Source: Macrostomum lignano
Taxonomy: Eukaryota
Assembly: GCA_002269645.1 (NCBI GenBank)
Contig: NIVC01001607.1
Location: 124,001 to 188,000 of the forward strand
Reading direction: 5' to 3'
Length of the DNA: 64,000 bases
In this document: one piece after another, positions 1 through 13,672 of the stretch
Position numbering within the stretch: position 1 is the first letter of the stretch
Layout: every line of letters starts with the position of its first letter
Position numbers and translations under genes: made by a program
The notes under the pieces: generated by a model
Databases searched by the model: none
What the model saw: only the letters and a program-made list of their open reading frames with translations
What the model was told of the DNA's origin: nothing

Positions 1-94
1 TTTGGTCCTCAATAATCTTATAGCTCGTACTCAATGTATAGTGACAACTTACCATTGTCATATATGACTTCCTCTGTTTTTTTGCTAAACAAAC

Positions 95-480
95 CGAGCA
101 GAGATCAACGGTGTCGAACTTCTTAGCATTTTTTCGTTCGGCGAAAGGGAACTCTACATTTGGAATCGGATATGCGTCTGATTTAATCTGCGCATTAAGG
201 TGAGCACTGTAGTCGGAGCAAATCCGTAGTGACCCGTCTTTCTTTTTAATCCAAACAACAAGTGAGGCTTTACTCACCGGACTGACAACGAGTTCGATTA
301 CTCCCAAGGCTTGCAACCGACCCAGCTCAGCGTTCACGGCGGCTTTCAGTGCTATGGGCACAGGGCACGCACGAAAAAACTTGGGAGTAGAGTCACAGCC
401 CTGTAAGTAGATAGAGGGTCCGGCAGTTAGGTTGGTGTTGGCCGTAACACTGAAAACTCGGTCGGCGTCTATGAGATTGC
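95..480 (-). pseudogene. Decayed Gypsy/Ty3 reverse transcriptase N-terminal fragment
   Basis: The minus strand translates as PKFFRACPVPIALKAAVNAELGRLQALGVIELVV...KKDGSLRICSDY...DAYPIPNVE...KKFDTVDL, the typical start of a Gypsy RT domain. Boundaries are approximate. Confidence 0.75.
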
Positions 481-509
481 GACCCAGCTGTCCAAAAGCG
501 CTTGTCCAA

Positions 510-1545
510 AAGTATGTTATCAATACAATCAACGAGAACAAAAGCGCCGAGGAGTGCAATGAGGTATCTTTACTTGGATTCCAAATCTCAGCTGCGGGTA
601 TCTGATCCGACGCCAGGCTTGTGGAAAAGATCACACGCATTGCTGCGTTGAAGAACATGAAGCAACTCGAACATTTCCTTGGTTTTGTAAACTTTCTTTT
701 GCCGATCGGTGCCCAGGCTGCTACATGAGCTTCGTCGGTAGGATGCACCATTCACGTGGCTTGCAGTCTATAACGATACGTTCTTACTTCTCAATGAGGG
801 AAATCTCATCATTTCCAGTCGTGCAGCCGTACTCGTTGGAGAAGGCAACTGACACACACCGCCGATGCTTCTCAAGGGGGGCTTGCTGCTGTTGTGACTC
901 AAGAAGGCCATCCCGTTATCTTTATCTCCCGCTGCTTATCCAGTGCAGAAAAAAATTACTCCAACATTGAGCGAAAGGCGTTTGCCATATTCAGGCAGCC
1001 CATCGTCTCAAGCACTATCTCATTAGTAGAGAGTTCCACTGATGACCAGCCATTGATACGCCTAGTTGACCAATCTTGCGGCCTCCCGACAAATACATCA
1101 TCTCAAATCTCTCGATGGGCGCTAAGCCTGATGCATTTCGACTACGACATTCAGTATGCTGGAGTTACATTTCTCATGCTGATTCTCCATCGCGCCTTCG
1201 ATTCACGGGTCCGTCCGCGGATTCAGGAAGCGTAGCGAGTGCTATCACAGTGTAAAATTTAAATGGCCAGTAATCCCGCAACATCTCATCCCTGCTGAGA
1301 CCAATTCGTTCAGCGCATCATGGAAATGGTTCAGTCTGGTAACTGGGAGTCGTGCTCTTCAGGCCGAGCAGCCTTCGCAAAGATCTCTTACAAGTTCACC
1401 ATCGAAAATGGTCTTCTTTACAACCAACGTTGCGTCTGTATTCCAATCCACTCCAATCCACTAAAAGCCGATTCCAACCCACTCTGGGTACAGTACATGG
1501 TTACCTACAACTACATGGCTGGGTGACCGTGAACGTGAGAACGTG
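510..1545 (+). pseudogene. Decayed Gypsy/Ty3 RT C-terminal, RNase H and pre-integrase fragment
   Basis: Broken frames give EVSLLGFQISAAGI*SD, FISRCLSSAEKNYSNIERKAFAI, TDDQPLIRL and SRWALSLMHFDYDIQY, with many stops and frameshifts. Confidence 0.8.
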
Positions 1546-1701
1546 ACCCTGCTGTGGAAAAGAAATATGCAGACAGTAATGCTGAGCTAGGGGAGGAAAG
1601 GTACAGGAGAGAGGCTGCACTGTTTAAGACTGAGGCTTACAGATTGAAGTTTACAGTTTGAGGCTTACAGTTCCCCTCCCAACTCAAAGTGAGCTGACCC
1701 C

Positions 1702-3166
<1,465 letters not shown>

Positions 3167-3515
3167 GAGCTGACCCCCTCCCAACCCAGAGTGAGCTGCT
3201 AATCCCTCTACCAAAGAATCAGCTGACCCTCTCCCACCCACGGTGAGCTGACCCCTCCCACCCACGGTGAGCTGACCCTCCCAGACACGGTGAGCTGACC
3301 CCTCCCACCCACGGTGAGCTGACCCCCTCCCACCCACGGTGAGCTGACCCCTCCCACCCACGGTGAGCTGACCCTCCCAGACACGGTGAGCTGACCCCTC
3401 CCACCCACGGAGAGCTGACCCCTCCCACCCACGGTGAGCTGACCCTCCCAGACACGGTGAGCTGACCCCTCCCACCCACGGTGAGCTGACCTTCCCACCC
3501 ACGGTGAGCTGACCC
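3167..3515. repeat. ~24-bp minisatellite (GTGAGCTGACCCCTCCCACCCACG)
   Basis: About 13 visible tandem copies with minor variants. Confidence 0.95.
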
Positions 3516-3887
3516 GACTTAAATGGAAAAGTGAAAGAAAGTAGATCCACAGAGACACCTGGGCAAGGAGATCGCTTTTCTCATTCATCATCACCGCCTC
3601 AGCCGGCAAAAGAGAGATATGAGATGCTAAGACAAAAATAAGATAAAGGCTAGCTTTGCTGTAATTCAGTCTAGTATTGTCGATACTAAAAATTGTGACG
3701 CAGCGGATTGCTTCTTATTTTGATGAGCAACGTGCAGCGGCTAATTTTTGCAAGTGTTGCGGGTTGAAGGAAAGCTTTGAGTTTGGCTGCAGTTTCCATA
3801 TGAACTGTCCGCTACATAGAAGTAGCCAGAGAGTAAATGCAATTGGTAAGATGTGACTTGAGTGGGAGGGAGTGAGGGAAAGGAATA

Positions 3888-4050
3888 GACAGAGACGAAG
3901 GGACAGAGACGAAGGGACAGAGACGAAGGGACAGAGACGAAGGGGACAGAGACGAAGGGACAGAGACGAAGGGACAGAGACGAAGGGACAGAGACGAAGG
4001 GACAGAGACGAAGGGGACAGAGACGAAGGGACAGAGACGAAGGGACAGAG
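3888..4050. repeat. 14-15-bp tandem repeat (GACAGAGACGAAGG)
   Basis: Tandem copies seen directly. Confidence 0.95.
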
Positions 4051-5615
4051 AGGGAGGGGGGGTTGTCGTCCGGTTCACTGCCATGAGGGCCAACCCTCAA
4101 GGCACAGAGATGCACATGCCTGACGATTGGAAAGTCAGGGCAACTGTACACCCTGTGCGAGCGTGTGTACTGGCGCGCTTGCACGTGCTCAGGAGTCAGC
4201 GGAATGGGCTGAATTGTGAAACGATGTCACCGAAGGTGTTGCGCCAAGGTGGCCGCAGCCCTCCTAAGAATACTTATATCCATTAAAAACGAGGGGAGAG
4301 AACGAAAAAAGAAGCAGAAAACAGAGAGAAAGCAGAAAATGCCATCAAGAGCTCGAATGGAAAGAAGACAAGGTCGCACTGTGTACGGAGCAGCTGTTCT
4401 GATGCGATTGAATAATTCAAAATCGAGGGGTGCAGCTGCGCAGTCAGCCTGGTGTCCATCTGTCAGGCTCGAAGCAGATTAGTGTCCAGCACAGAAGACG
4501 GTCTCCGGCCATAAAAGATTGACACGCGGACCGGCTTAGCTTGGGCTGAGGCCCAGCTACGAGTACTCCATTCCGCATGCTTCAGTAAAAGTAGACTAAG
4601 AAAGTGGAAACTTGCAGATCCGATTTCTACCGCTGCTAAATTTCTTAGGAGAACATCGCCTGCTGCAAGATTTCAGTTGAATTATTTATTTATGGGTTAA
4701 AAGGGAAATGCTGGAAAGTAGGCAGGCGGGAAGCTTCTAGAAGAAACTAAACTTAGCCCTCTCTCTCTCTCCTCTGTTTTCCACGGAGGCAGGTACACAG
4801 CTGAGGAGCTTAAGCTGATTTCGGACCAGCGAACCGGTTTGGCTGACACAACAGGTGCAAAAATGAATGAAAGATACTTCGTACATGACTGATAGACATG
4901 CCGCGCTTACCTCTGAGATGCTCTGCCCCTGTGCATGCCTCTTGTCTGAGGTGATTTTTCAAGTCTTTCGGCTTCGATGTGTCAGAAAAAGTACTAATTA
5001 GTGCCAACGAGTTCAAACAGTATTTTTAATTCTCACTTCATCTTTAAGATAAGTAGGACGTAAATTTAGGGCTCAGGGAATCAAAATCGCAAGGAATTTT
5101 GCATGCAAACTGGTGCTTACTAATAGTTAAACCATCATGATAAGTAGCGTTAAAATCATCCATGATTTGGAAATTTTTATTTCAGGGCTGAAATTTCAGC
5201 AAGAATCTCAAAGGCCCAGGTACAATTCATGAGGTCAAAACACGAAATACGGAGAGCACTCGTTGTAATCTTTGTACAATATTACACTTACAGCTCCTTC
5301 AGAATAAAGAATGAAGCCAAAGTTTTCTAAAAACTCAAAACACGTGAGAAACTATGGAATATACAGCTAAACTCAATGACAGCCTACATGACAGTTCTCA
5401 CATCTCATATCAACTCAAAATCTAATAAAAATAAGGGTACATTATTAAATTACGAACTAAAAAGGTTCTATGTACTTAATGGAGGTGCGACAATCGATAA
5501 AATATCTTACAGAAAGTATTAACGCCATTTTTGCAAATTTAGTCAATAAAATGTTACGACAGACTTTGGTAAAGGTACTGTCCCAAAAAAGAAATGTTGC
5601 AGAAGAAAAGCAAAC

Positions 5616-8600
5616 TTAAACCTTCTTCATATAGCGAAGCCACAGGTAGCCGGCCACACGGAAGAGGACGAGGAACAGCAGAAGGACGAGACAGTTGGCC
5701 CAGATTGGCAGCGGCTGGTCGGGCAAGTACTGGATGATCTCAGAGGACGGGAATGTGGTCTGGTTGTTCGCGTTCAGGTAGGTGCCGTTCAGGCAGCTGG
5801 GGTAGGCGCTCCTCAGGGTTGTGGCGCACCTGTAAATTCGTAGACAGAAATTCTCTGAGCTCCGCAATCTAGTTTTCAAGTAAAATACCCTAAAAGTCCT
5901 GAAAGTGCCGAAAAAGCTACTCCTCATCATCTGATTTTCTAAAAACTAAAAATAACTGCAACAAGAGGTAGCCAAATGCTAAACTGAAAATAACTGCAAC
6001 AAGAGGTAGCCAAATGCTAAACTGAAAATAACTGCAACAAGAGGTAGCCAAATGCTTAACTTACAAGAAGTTGGGCGAACTCAGCATAGACAGCAGCAAG
6101 CCGAGGTGGTAGCAGTACCGGATGAACGACAGATACTTGGCCCAAACCAGCCACGATGGGATGGCGGTTGTGAAGAAGCCACCTAAAGAAGACAGATTAA
6201 AAAATTATTTGCTACACAATTCTATTCAAAAATTTTTTCGGGCAGGTTAAAATATCGCTCAAAACATCAGATTTTCGCAATTTTGAACTCCCCTTCAAAA
6301 ATTTACGAGACTACAAATTCGAAAAATAGATAGGACGCGTGGCAGCAAAGTATCCGCGAAATATTGATGCAAAAAGTGCAACGCAATAAGGAGCAAAGAA
6401 GAAGTTCTTTATGATGAAAAACCGTCACGGCATCATTCTACTCACCTAGCAAAAATGAGAACATCATGAAAACGAAAGCGATGGTCATATTAGCCTTCGG
6501 TATGTCCGTCAGCAGACCGATAAAGATTCCGATGCCCTGAAACAATTTATTCAAAGCAAATGTGCCTCTTAGACTCACTCAATTGTAAGTTTTCAATTCA
6601 AGAGAGCTACAGTAAAGTCCCAAAAATTATTAAAAATATATTAATTTCAAAAAAATCACATAAGATGCACTTTGCGACACGCATGCATGTTTACCTGGCA
6701 CGCAATGCTGTTCACGAGAATTCCCAGCACGAATGGAACGTACTCGACCCCGGTTCCCAGACCGGCGATCCAGTACACCAGAGTCAGCGTGATGAACGGC
6801 ATCACAATGACCAGCGGCATCTCCGTGGCCATCTTAGCAACGTAGTAAGCGCCAATCTGGTACATGCCGGCACGACGCTCGTGCTTCACGATCATGATGT
6901 CCTCGTGAACTGCAAGCGGTTTCTCATGCGTTTAGTAAGATAAAACTCACATCGAAAGTTTATTAATCATGAGAAGTGCAGATTACTACATAAGTAACCA
7001 GCGCTATGGAACTCACAAGACATAATCGCTTCAAACAGAGGCGAAAAACTGAGATTCGCTGTCAGGAAGAAAATCTACAATAGAACCGAGCTATTCCGTC
7101 ATGAACTTTCAGCAGCTTTAGTGAATCTTTGAAAAAAAACCTATAGGTATCTCATGCATACAAAGGACCAATTATTTCGATTTGGACTCACGCATCCCAT
7201 AATGTCGCTGATGTGCTCCTCTGTGCGGGTAATCTGCCACCACAGCAAGCTGGAGATCAGACCCACAAACAGCGTTTGAATTATTGGAAACACGGATAGG
7301 AAACGGCTGCGAGCCAGGTAGAATCCCCGAATGGTGAGCGCGTTGAGCTGACGACACCACTTTACCCGAGTCACCTCCGACAGCTCGCGCTCGTCGCCAT
7401 CGTCGTCAACGTACTCGATCGGAACCGGACCGGACATCTCGAGGTGCGTGTCCGCCTTACCGTTCGCTTTGCCGTCCGCCTCCTCGTAGGCCGGGTTCAC
7501 GTGACCGAGACTCACCGATGAGCCGTTGCCCTGCTTTTCGAGGTAACCATTGACTTCGTCCGCATCTTCTCCATCGCCTCCGGCGCCTTGGTCTAGCAGA
7601 GCTCGAGAGCTGGCGGCAGTGATGAGCGACTTGAGCTGTCCGAGGTCCGAGAATCTGGCGCCCTGCTCGATGATGTGGTGCTTGTTTTCGGACGAGCCCT
7701 TCACGATCTCCACTGTAGATATGATGTAAACGTTATGATTATTGTAACGGATTGCGCAAGCAAGATGCGCTAACTAAACAGTCTTCCATAACTACATTAA
7801 TGTGCCTGCCTATCGTTATATGGTCACTCACGCATGAAGTCGGCGGGATTCCAGTGCTTGTGAAAGGGTACGTCGATGCTCTCGAAGTAATCGACCATCC
7901 CGCTGCGCTTTCCGCTGTACGAGATGTGACCGTCCGTCAGCAGCAGCAGGTCGTCGAACACGTGGAAAATCTGCGACGACGGCTGGTGGATGCTGGCGAT
8001 GACGATCTTGTTCTCCTTGATCGACCAGCGGCGCAGCAGGTCGATCAGCGTCATGGCCAGGCTGGAGTCGAGACCGGACGTCGGCTCGTCTAGCAGCAGC
8101 ACGTCCGGATTGCGGAGCAGCTCGCAGGCGATGTTGGCTCGCTTCTTCTCGCCTCCGGACAGGCCGGGCATCATGAAGTTCCCGATGACTGCATGATTTC
8201 ACAGTATTGAGACATGATGTCGCAGGAGTTTGTCAAATGTGTTCAATGTGCATATCAGTGTCTAGGCGGTGTTTTACGAGTCCCATAAATCCAGCATCGT
8301 CGTTGCTAATAAACTTTCTTAATCCTGATAACATTTACTTCCAATCTAAATTTCAAGCTAAATTTGAATTGCATCTTGCGAAAGTGCAGGATACTCACTT
8401 GTTTCCATGCACTTTTCTAGCTCCAGTGATCTGATCACACCGTCGATGCGAGCTCTTCGTTCCTTTTCCGTCATTGAGTCGGGAAGTTTCACTCGTGCGG
8501 CGAACTGAAAGTGCGTTCGAGATCGTTAATAACGAATTTTGCACATGTTAGCTGCAGTTATTGTAGAGGACATTCTGTCCGAGAGTCTCACCTCGACGGT

Positions 8601-9339
8601 CTGTCTCAGTGTGAGAATTGGGAAGAACACGTCCATCTGAGTGACGTAGCCGAATGACTTTCGCATTCTGGGCGACACCGGCTTGCCGCCCACCGTGATG
8701 CTGCCCGACGTCAGGGGCATCCGTCCGGAGACCGTGTTCATGAAGGTCGTCTTTCCGCTGCCTGCCAGCATGATTTGAAATCGGGATTGAACAATGCCTC
8801 ATTCTCTAGGAATACGAGCTTCGAGTGTTGCAACTGCTTATCTACCTGAATGATATGCATGTTATCTAGCTTTGTCCGTCAATGCAGTACTGGTACATAT
8901 TGTACTTTTGTTTCTAAAATGGTTTGCAACCTTTTCGATTCTTTAGTCGCCTTTTGTGTCCACGCATTACACGAAGACAAATATGAGCAGACAAATTTGC
9001 ACCACCAAGGGTACAAGTTAAAGCTAGAAATGCGTTATACTTCCTGTAGCCAAAATGAGATTGCGAGTAATTGCACCAGTGCCTCAACTAGCAGAGCACT
9101 GGTCAAGTAATGAGACTCAGAATTCGAGAGATATTATGCTCACCGCTGGGACCCATGACCGCCAGCAGACTTCCACTTTTGGCGATGACGCTCACATCGT
9201 GCAGAATCTGCTTCTCTCCGGCGAACACGCAGAACCGATCTGCAATCAGAGTCAGTCGCTTTCTGCTCCCCTCGCCATTGGCATTGAGTCCTGGATGAGC
9301 TGTCACATCCTGCTCAGCTTCCACTTCTTGAGATGCCAT
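5616..9339 (-). CDS. ABCG-family half transporter, paralogue A (10 exons, 681 aa)
   Basis: Exons 9339-9144, 8761-8592, 8504-8399, 8188-7832, 7712-7192, 7074-7017, 6909-6695, 6536-6446, 6182-6065, 5829-5616. All introns GT-AG and phase-consistent; 2046 nt. Walker A GPSGSGKT, signature LSGGEKKR, Walker B LLLDEPTSGLD, H-loop SIHQP, NBD before TMD. Confidence 0.93.
5949..6057. repeat. 38-bp tandem repeat (~3 copies) in ABCG-A intron 9
   Basis: AAAATAACTGCAACAAGAGGTAGCCAAATGCTAAACTG repeated. Confidence 0.9.
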
Positions 9340-10739
9340 TAAGAAGGCTTGTTACAAATCAAACACAGACGCGTCTGCGAGCTTGAAATCCAAGTCTAAT
9401 GACCTACAAATTTTGAGCTCTAAATAGGCCTGCAAGATAATTTCCAGCAGAGCAGTTCGTGATGAGTTACAGTTAGCTATTCTATAAGTTCTCTCTCACC
9501 CAGTATGTCACGCGCGCAACCAATCACTGTTCAAAGCTCTTTGCTGAAACTTCAAGCAAGGTTATTCATTCGTACGTCGTCTTTACGCTTTGAGATGTTG
9601 CAGCGCAAGCAATTGCTTTGAGTAGGGCGCAGAAGTGCTTCTGGGTTGCTGTACAAATGACAGTAGAATAGAATAGAGTTAGAGAGGAGAGAGAAGGTAG
9701 GGCATAGCTGACAAGATTGAGATATGAGCAGAAAAAGGAGACGCAATGGACTGAGTATAGGGCGCTCTTTGATATGCCAAAACGTTTATGATAGCCGATT
9801 GCTAATCGTCTTGATTAGTGAAGACAAATCGCATTAACTAGCTCGCAGTTAAAATTTCATACGAGCGTAATTGCTAATCTGCTCAACAAATTCTGAGTAG
9901 GCGGGTTTCCAGCAAGAACGCAGCATTGAGATTACGCAATTAGAGCAGTACGATCGAGTGCCAAATATGGCTGGTGTTTTCTTGCCAATGAGACCCAAGC
10001 CGATAAGAACAGTGGAAATAAAAAAATGATAATAATACGCTCGTAGTACGACACGCACTCATACACGCTCAAGCAGGGTACACATCGTCCCTGATTTCTA
10101 ATCGTCAGACATGTACAACTCTGTTTGTTGGGGACTGATGTGAATTGCATGTCATCCCCCTGACGAAATGAATGTAGCCGCTTTGAGTGGGAAATGTACT
10201 GAGGCATCGGTAAAAAATAAGGCGAGTTAACTACTCGAAGTTAAAAGTTGCACTCCGAGGAATCCGTTGTGGATTCTGTCTGAAACGAAATTTTCCGAGA
10301 GGGCATCCAAAACCTTTGATACTGAATACAGGTAAAAAGCTTATTGAAGACTATCTAAGTGCTTTATAAACACTAAAACAGTATTATTGCAGGCATCGAT
10401 AGAACTCTAAAAACCTTACTAAAGTTCACCTCGAACTCGAAAAAAGGTTTAGCATGAATCTTTAGCACTCGCTCAGGTTTGTCTGCCTCTCCGCTGGATG
10501 AAAACAAAAAGAAACGAAGGTTATTTCGCAAGTATTTAACTATATTAAGCTGACAGCGAAGTGCTTTCCATTGCTTCTAGGTGAATGCCTGTGTTGGCTG
10601 CCAAAGTCTGAGAAGAGTAAGGGTTGCTTTGTGTTTGCCTTCAAGAAGAATGAAAGAGTGATGCAGAGAACGAGCTTGAAGTTTGCTGCAGGAGTAGCAC
10701 TCGCAATATTTCATTTCAGATAGAAATAGATAAATAGAT

Positions 10740-10797
<58 letters not shown>

Positions 10798-13672
10798 TAA
10801 TGAGAGATGATTCACAGAATGTGTTATTTGACTTGTTTATTTTGTAGAATGGCTTAAATTCAGTCATGCCGACAAGCAGGCCACTCACATTAAATTTGAG
10901 TGATAACTTCATTTGAAACTCCAGTCCGACACAGATTTTACGCATCTTAATTATTTTCTCTCTGCATTGCAGAGCAGTAGCAGCAGTTATTAATAGCTCA
11001 TAGGACACAGAAGGTTGTCAATCTTCATAAATAGTCTTACAGAGTGCAAAACTCTTTCCTTCTCTTTCTCTGTCATTTTCATGAGCCATTAAACAGATGC
11101 GCAGAGAACAACTCTGGCGCTTTCCAAGCTGAAAGACGAAAGAACAATGTATAGGAAACATATAGTGTGCGTGTACTGCACAGTGCATTCCCATTATGCA
11201 ATGACCTCGCTTGAAATTGCGAGAAAGCGGCTTAACTAGCTGGTCGAGGGACAAGCGGAAGAGATAGATATGGAGGGCTACCGAATAGACGAGAGCAGAG
11301 AGCGGGAGGCGGCAGGTCAGCCAATGAGCACAGAGCAGGGGCCAAGTGTACACTTTATTGTGGAGGGTATGAAAGTGCGTTGCGGCCAGAAGATTTCCAG
11401 AGCAGTTTTGGGTAGGTGGTGAGTGACTGCGTTTATATAACTGGGTGCAGAGCAGAGAACACTAGTGCGTTTGAAATTATCTTAATTTCTCGTATTCGCT
11501 TTGTAACAAGCCTTCTTAATGGCATCTCAAGAAGTGGAAGCTGAGCAGGATGTGACAGCTCATCCAGGACTCAATGCCAATGGCGAGGGGAGCAGAAAGC
11601 GACTGACTCTGATTGCAGATCGGTTCTGCGTGTTCGCCGGAGAGAAGCAGATTCTGCACGATGTGAGCGTCATCGCCAAAAGTGGAAGTCTGCTGGCGGT
11701 CATGGGTCCCAGCGGTGAGCATAATATCTCTCGAATTCTGAGTCTCATTACTTGACCAGTGCTCTGCTAGTTGAGGCACTGGTGCAATTACTCGCAATCT
11801 CATTTTGGCTACAGGAAGTATAACGCATTTCTAGCTTTAACTTGTACCCTTGGTGGTGCAAATTTGTCTGCTCATATTTGTCTTCGTGTAATGCGTGGAC
11901 ACAAAAGGCGACTAAAGAATCGAAAAGGTTGCAAACCATTTTAGAAACAAAAGTACAATATGTACCAGTACTGCATTGACGGACAAAGCTAGATAACATG
12001 CATATCATTCAGGTAGATAAGCAGTTGCAACACTCGAAGCTCGTATTCCTAGAGAATGAGGCATTGTTCAATCCCGATTTCAAATCATGCTGGCAGGCAG
12101 CGGAAAGACGACCTTCATGAACACGGTCTCCGGACGGATGCCCCTGACGTCGGGCAGCATCACGGTGGGCGGCAAGCCGGTGTCGCCCAGAATGCGAAAG
12201 TCATTCGGCTACGTCACTCAGATGGACGTGTTCTTCCCAATTCTCACACTGAGACAGACCGTCGAGGTGAGACTCTCGGACAGAATGTCCTCTACAATAA
12301 CTGCAGCTAACATGTGCAAAATTCGTTATTAACGATCTCGAACGCACTTTCAGTTCGCCGCACGAGTGAAACTTCCCGACTCAATGACGGAAAAGGAACG
12401 AAGAGCTCGCATCGACGGTGTGATCAGATCACTGGAGCTAGAAAAGTGCATGGAAACAAGTGAGTATCCTGCACTTTCGCAAGATGCAATTCAAATTTAG
12501 CTTGAAATTTAGATTGGAAGTAAATGTTATCAGGATTAAGAAAGTTTATTAGCAACGACGATGCTGGATTTATGGGACTCGTAAAACACCGCCTAGACAC
12601 TGATATGCACATTGAACACATTTGACAAACTCCTGCGACATCATGTCTCAATACTGTGAAATCATGCAGTCATCGGGAACTTCATGATGCCCGGCCTGTC
12701 CGGAGGCGAGAAGAAGCGAGCCAACATCGCCTGCGAGCTGCTCCGCAATCCGGACGTGCTGCTGCTAGACGAGCCGACGTCCGGTCTCGACTCCAGCCTG
12801 GCCATGACGCTGATCGACCTGCTGCGCCGCTGGTCGATCAAGGAGAACAAGATCGTCATCGCCAGCATCCACCAGCCGTCGTCGCAGATTTTCCACGTGT
12901 TCGACGACCTGCTGCTGCTGACGGACGGTCACATCTCGTACAGCGGAAAGCGCAGCGGGATGGTCGATTACTTCGAGAGCATCGACGTACCCTTTCACAA
13001 GCACTGGAATCCCGCCGACTTCATGCGTGAGTGACCATATAACGATAGGCAGGCACATTAATGTAGTTATGGAAGACTGTTTAGTTAGCGCATCTTGTTT
13101 GCGCAATCCGTTACAATAATCACAACGTTTACATCACATCTACAGTGGAGATCGTGAAGGGCTCGTCCGAAAACAAGCACCACATCATCGAGCAGGGCGC
13201 CAGATTCTCGGACCTCGGACAGCTCAAGTCGCTCATAACTGCCGACAGCTCTCGAGCTCTGCTAGACCAAGGCGCCGGAGGCGATGGAGAAGATGCGGAC
13301 GAAGTCAATGGTTACCTCGAAAAGCAGGGCAACGGCTCATCGGTGAGTCTCGGTCACGTGAACCCGGCCTACGAGGAGGCGGACGGCAAAGCGAACGGTA
13401 AGGCGGACACGCACCTCGAGATGTCCGGTCCGGTTCCGATCGAGTACGTTGACGACGATGGCGACGAGCGCGAGCTGTCGGAGGTGACTCGGGTAAAGTG
13501 GTGTCGTCAGCTCAACGCGCTCACTATTCGGGGATTCTACCTGGCTCGCAGCCGTTTCCTATCCGTGTTTCCAATAATTCAAACGCTGTTTGTGGGTCTG
13601 ATCTGCAGCCTTCTGTGGTGGCAGATTACCCGCACAGAGGAGCACATCAGCGACATTATGGGATGCGTGAGT
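7186..13672. repeat. Large inverted repeat: arms 7186-9358 and 11500-13672 (2173 bp each), 2141-bp spacer
   Basis: Paired positions sum to 20858 at both ends. Exons 1-5 and introns 1-4 of ABCG-A and ABCG-B are near-identical apart from scattered substitutions. Confidence 0.95.
10718..10797. repeat. (GATA)n microsatellite in the spacer between ABCG-A and ABCG-B
   Basis: Seen directly. Confidence 0.95.
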
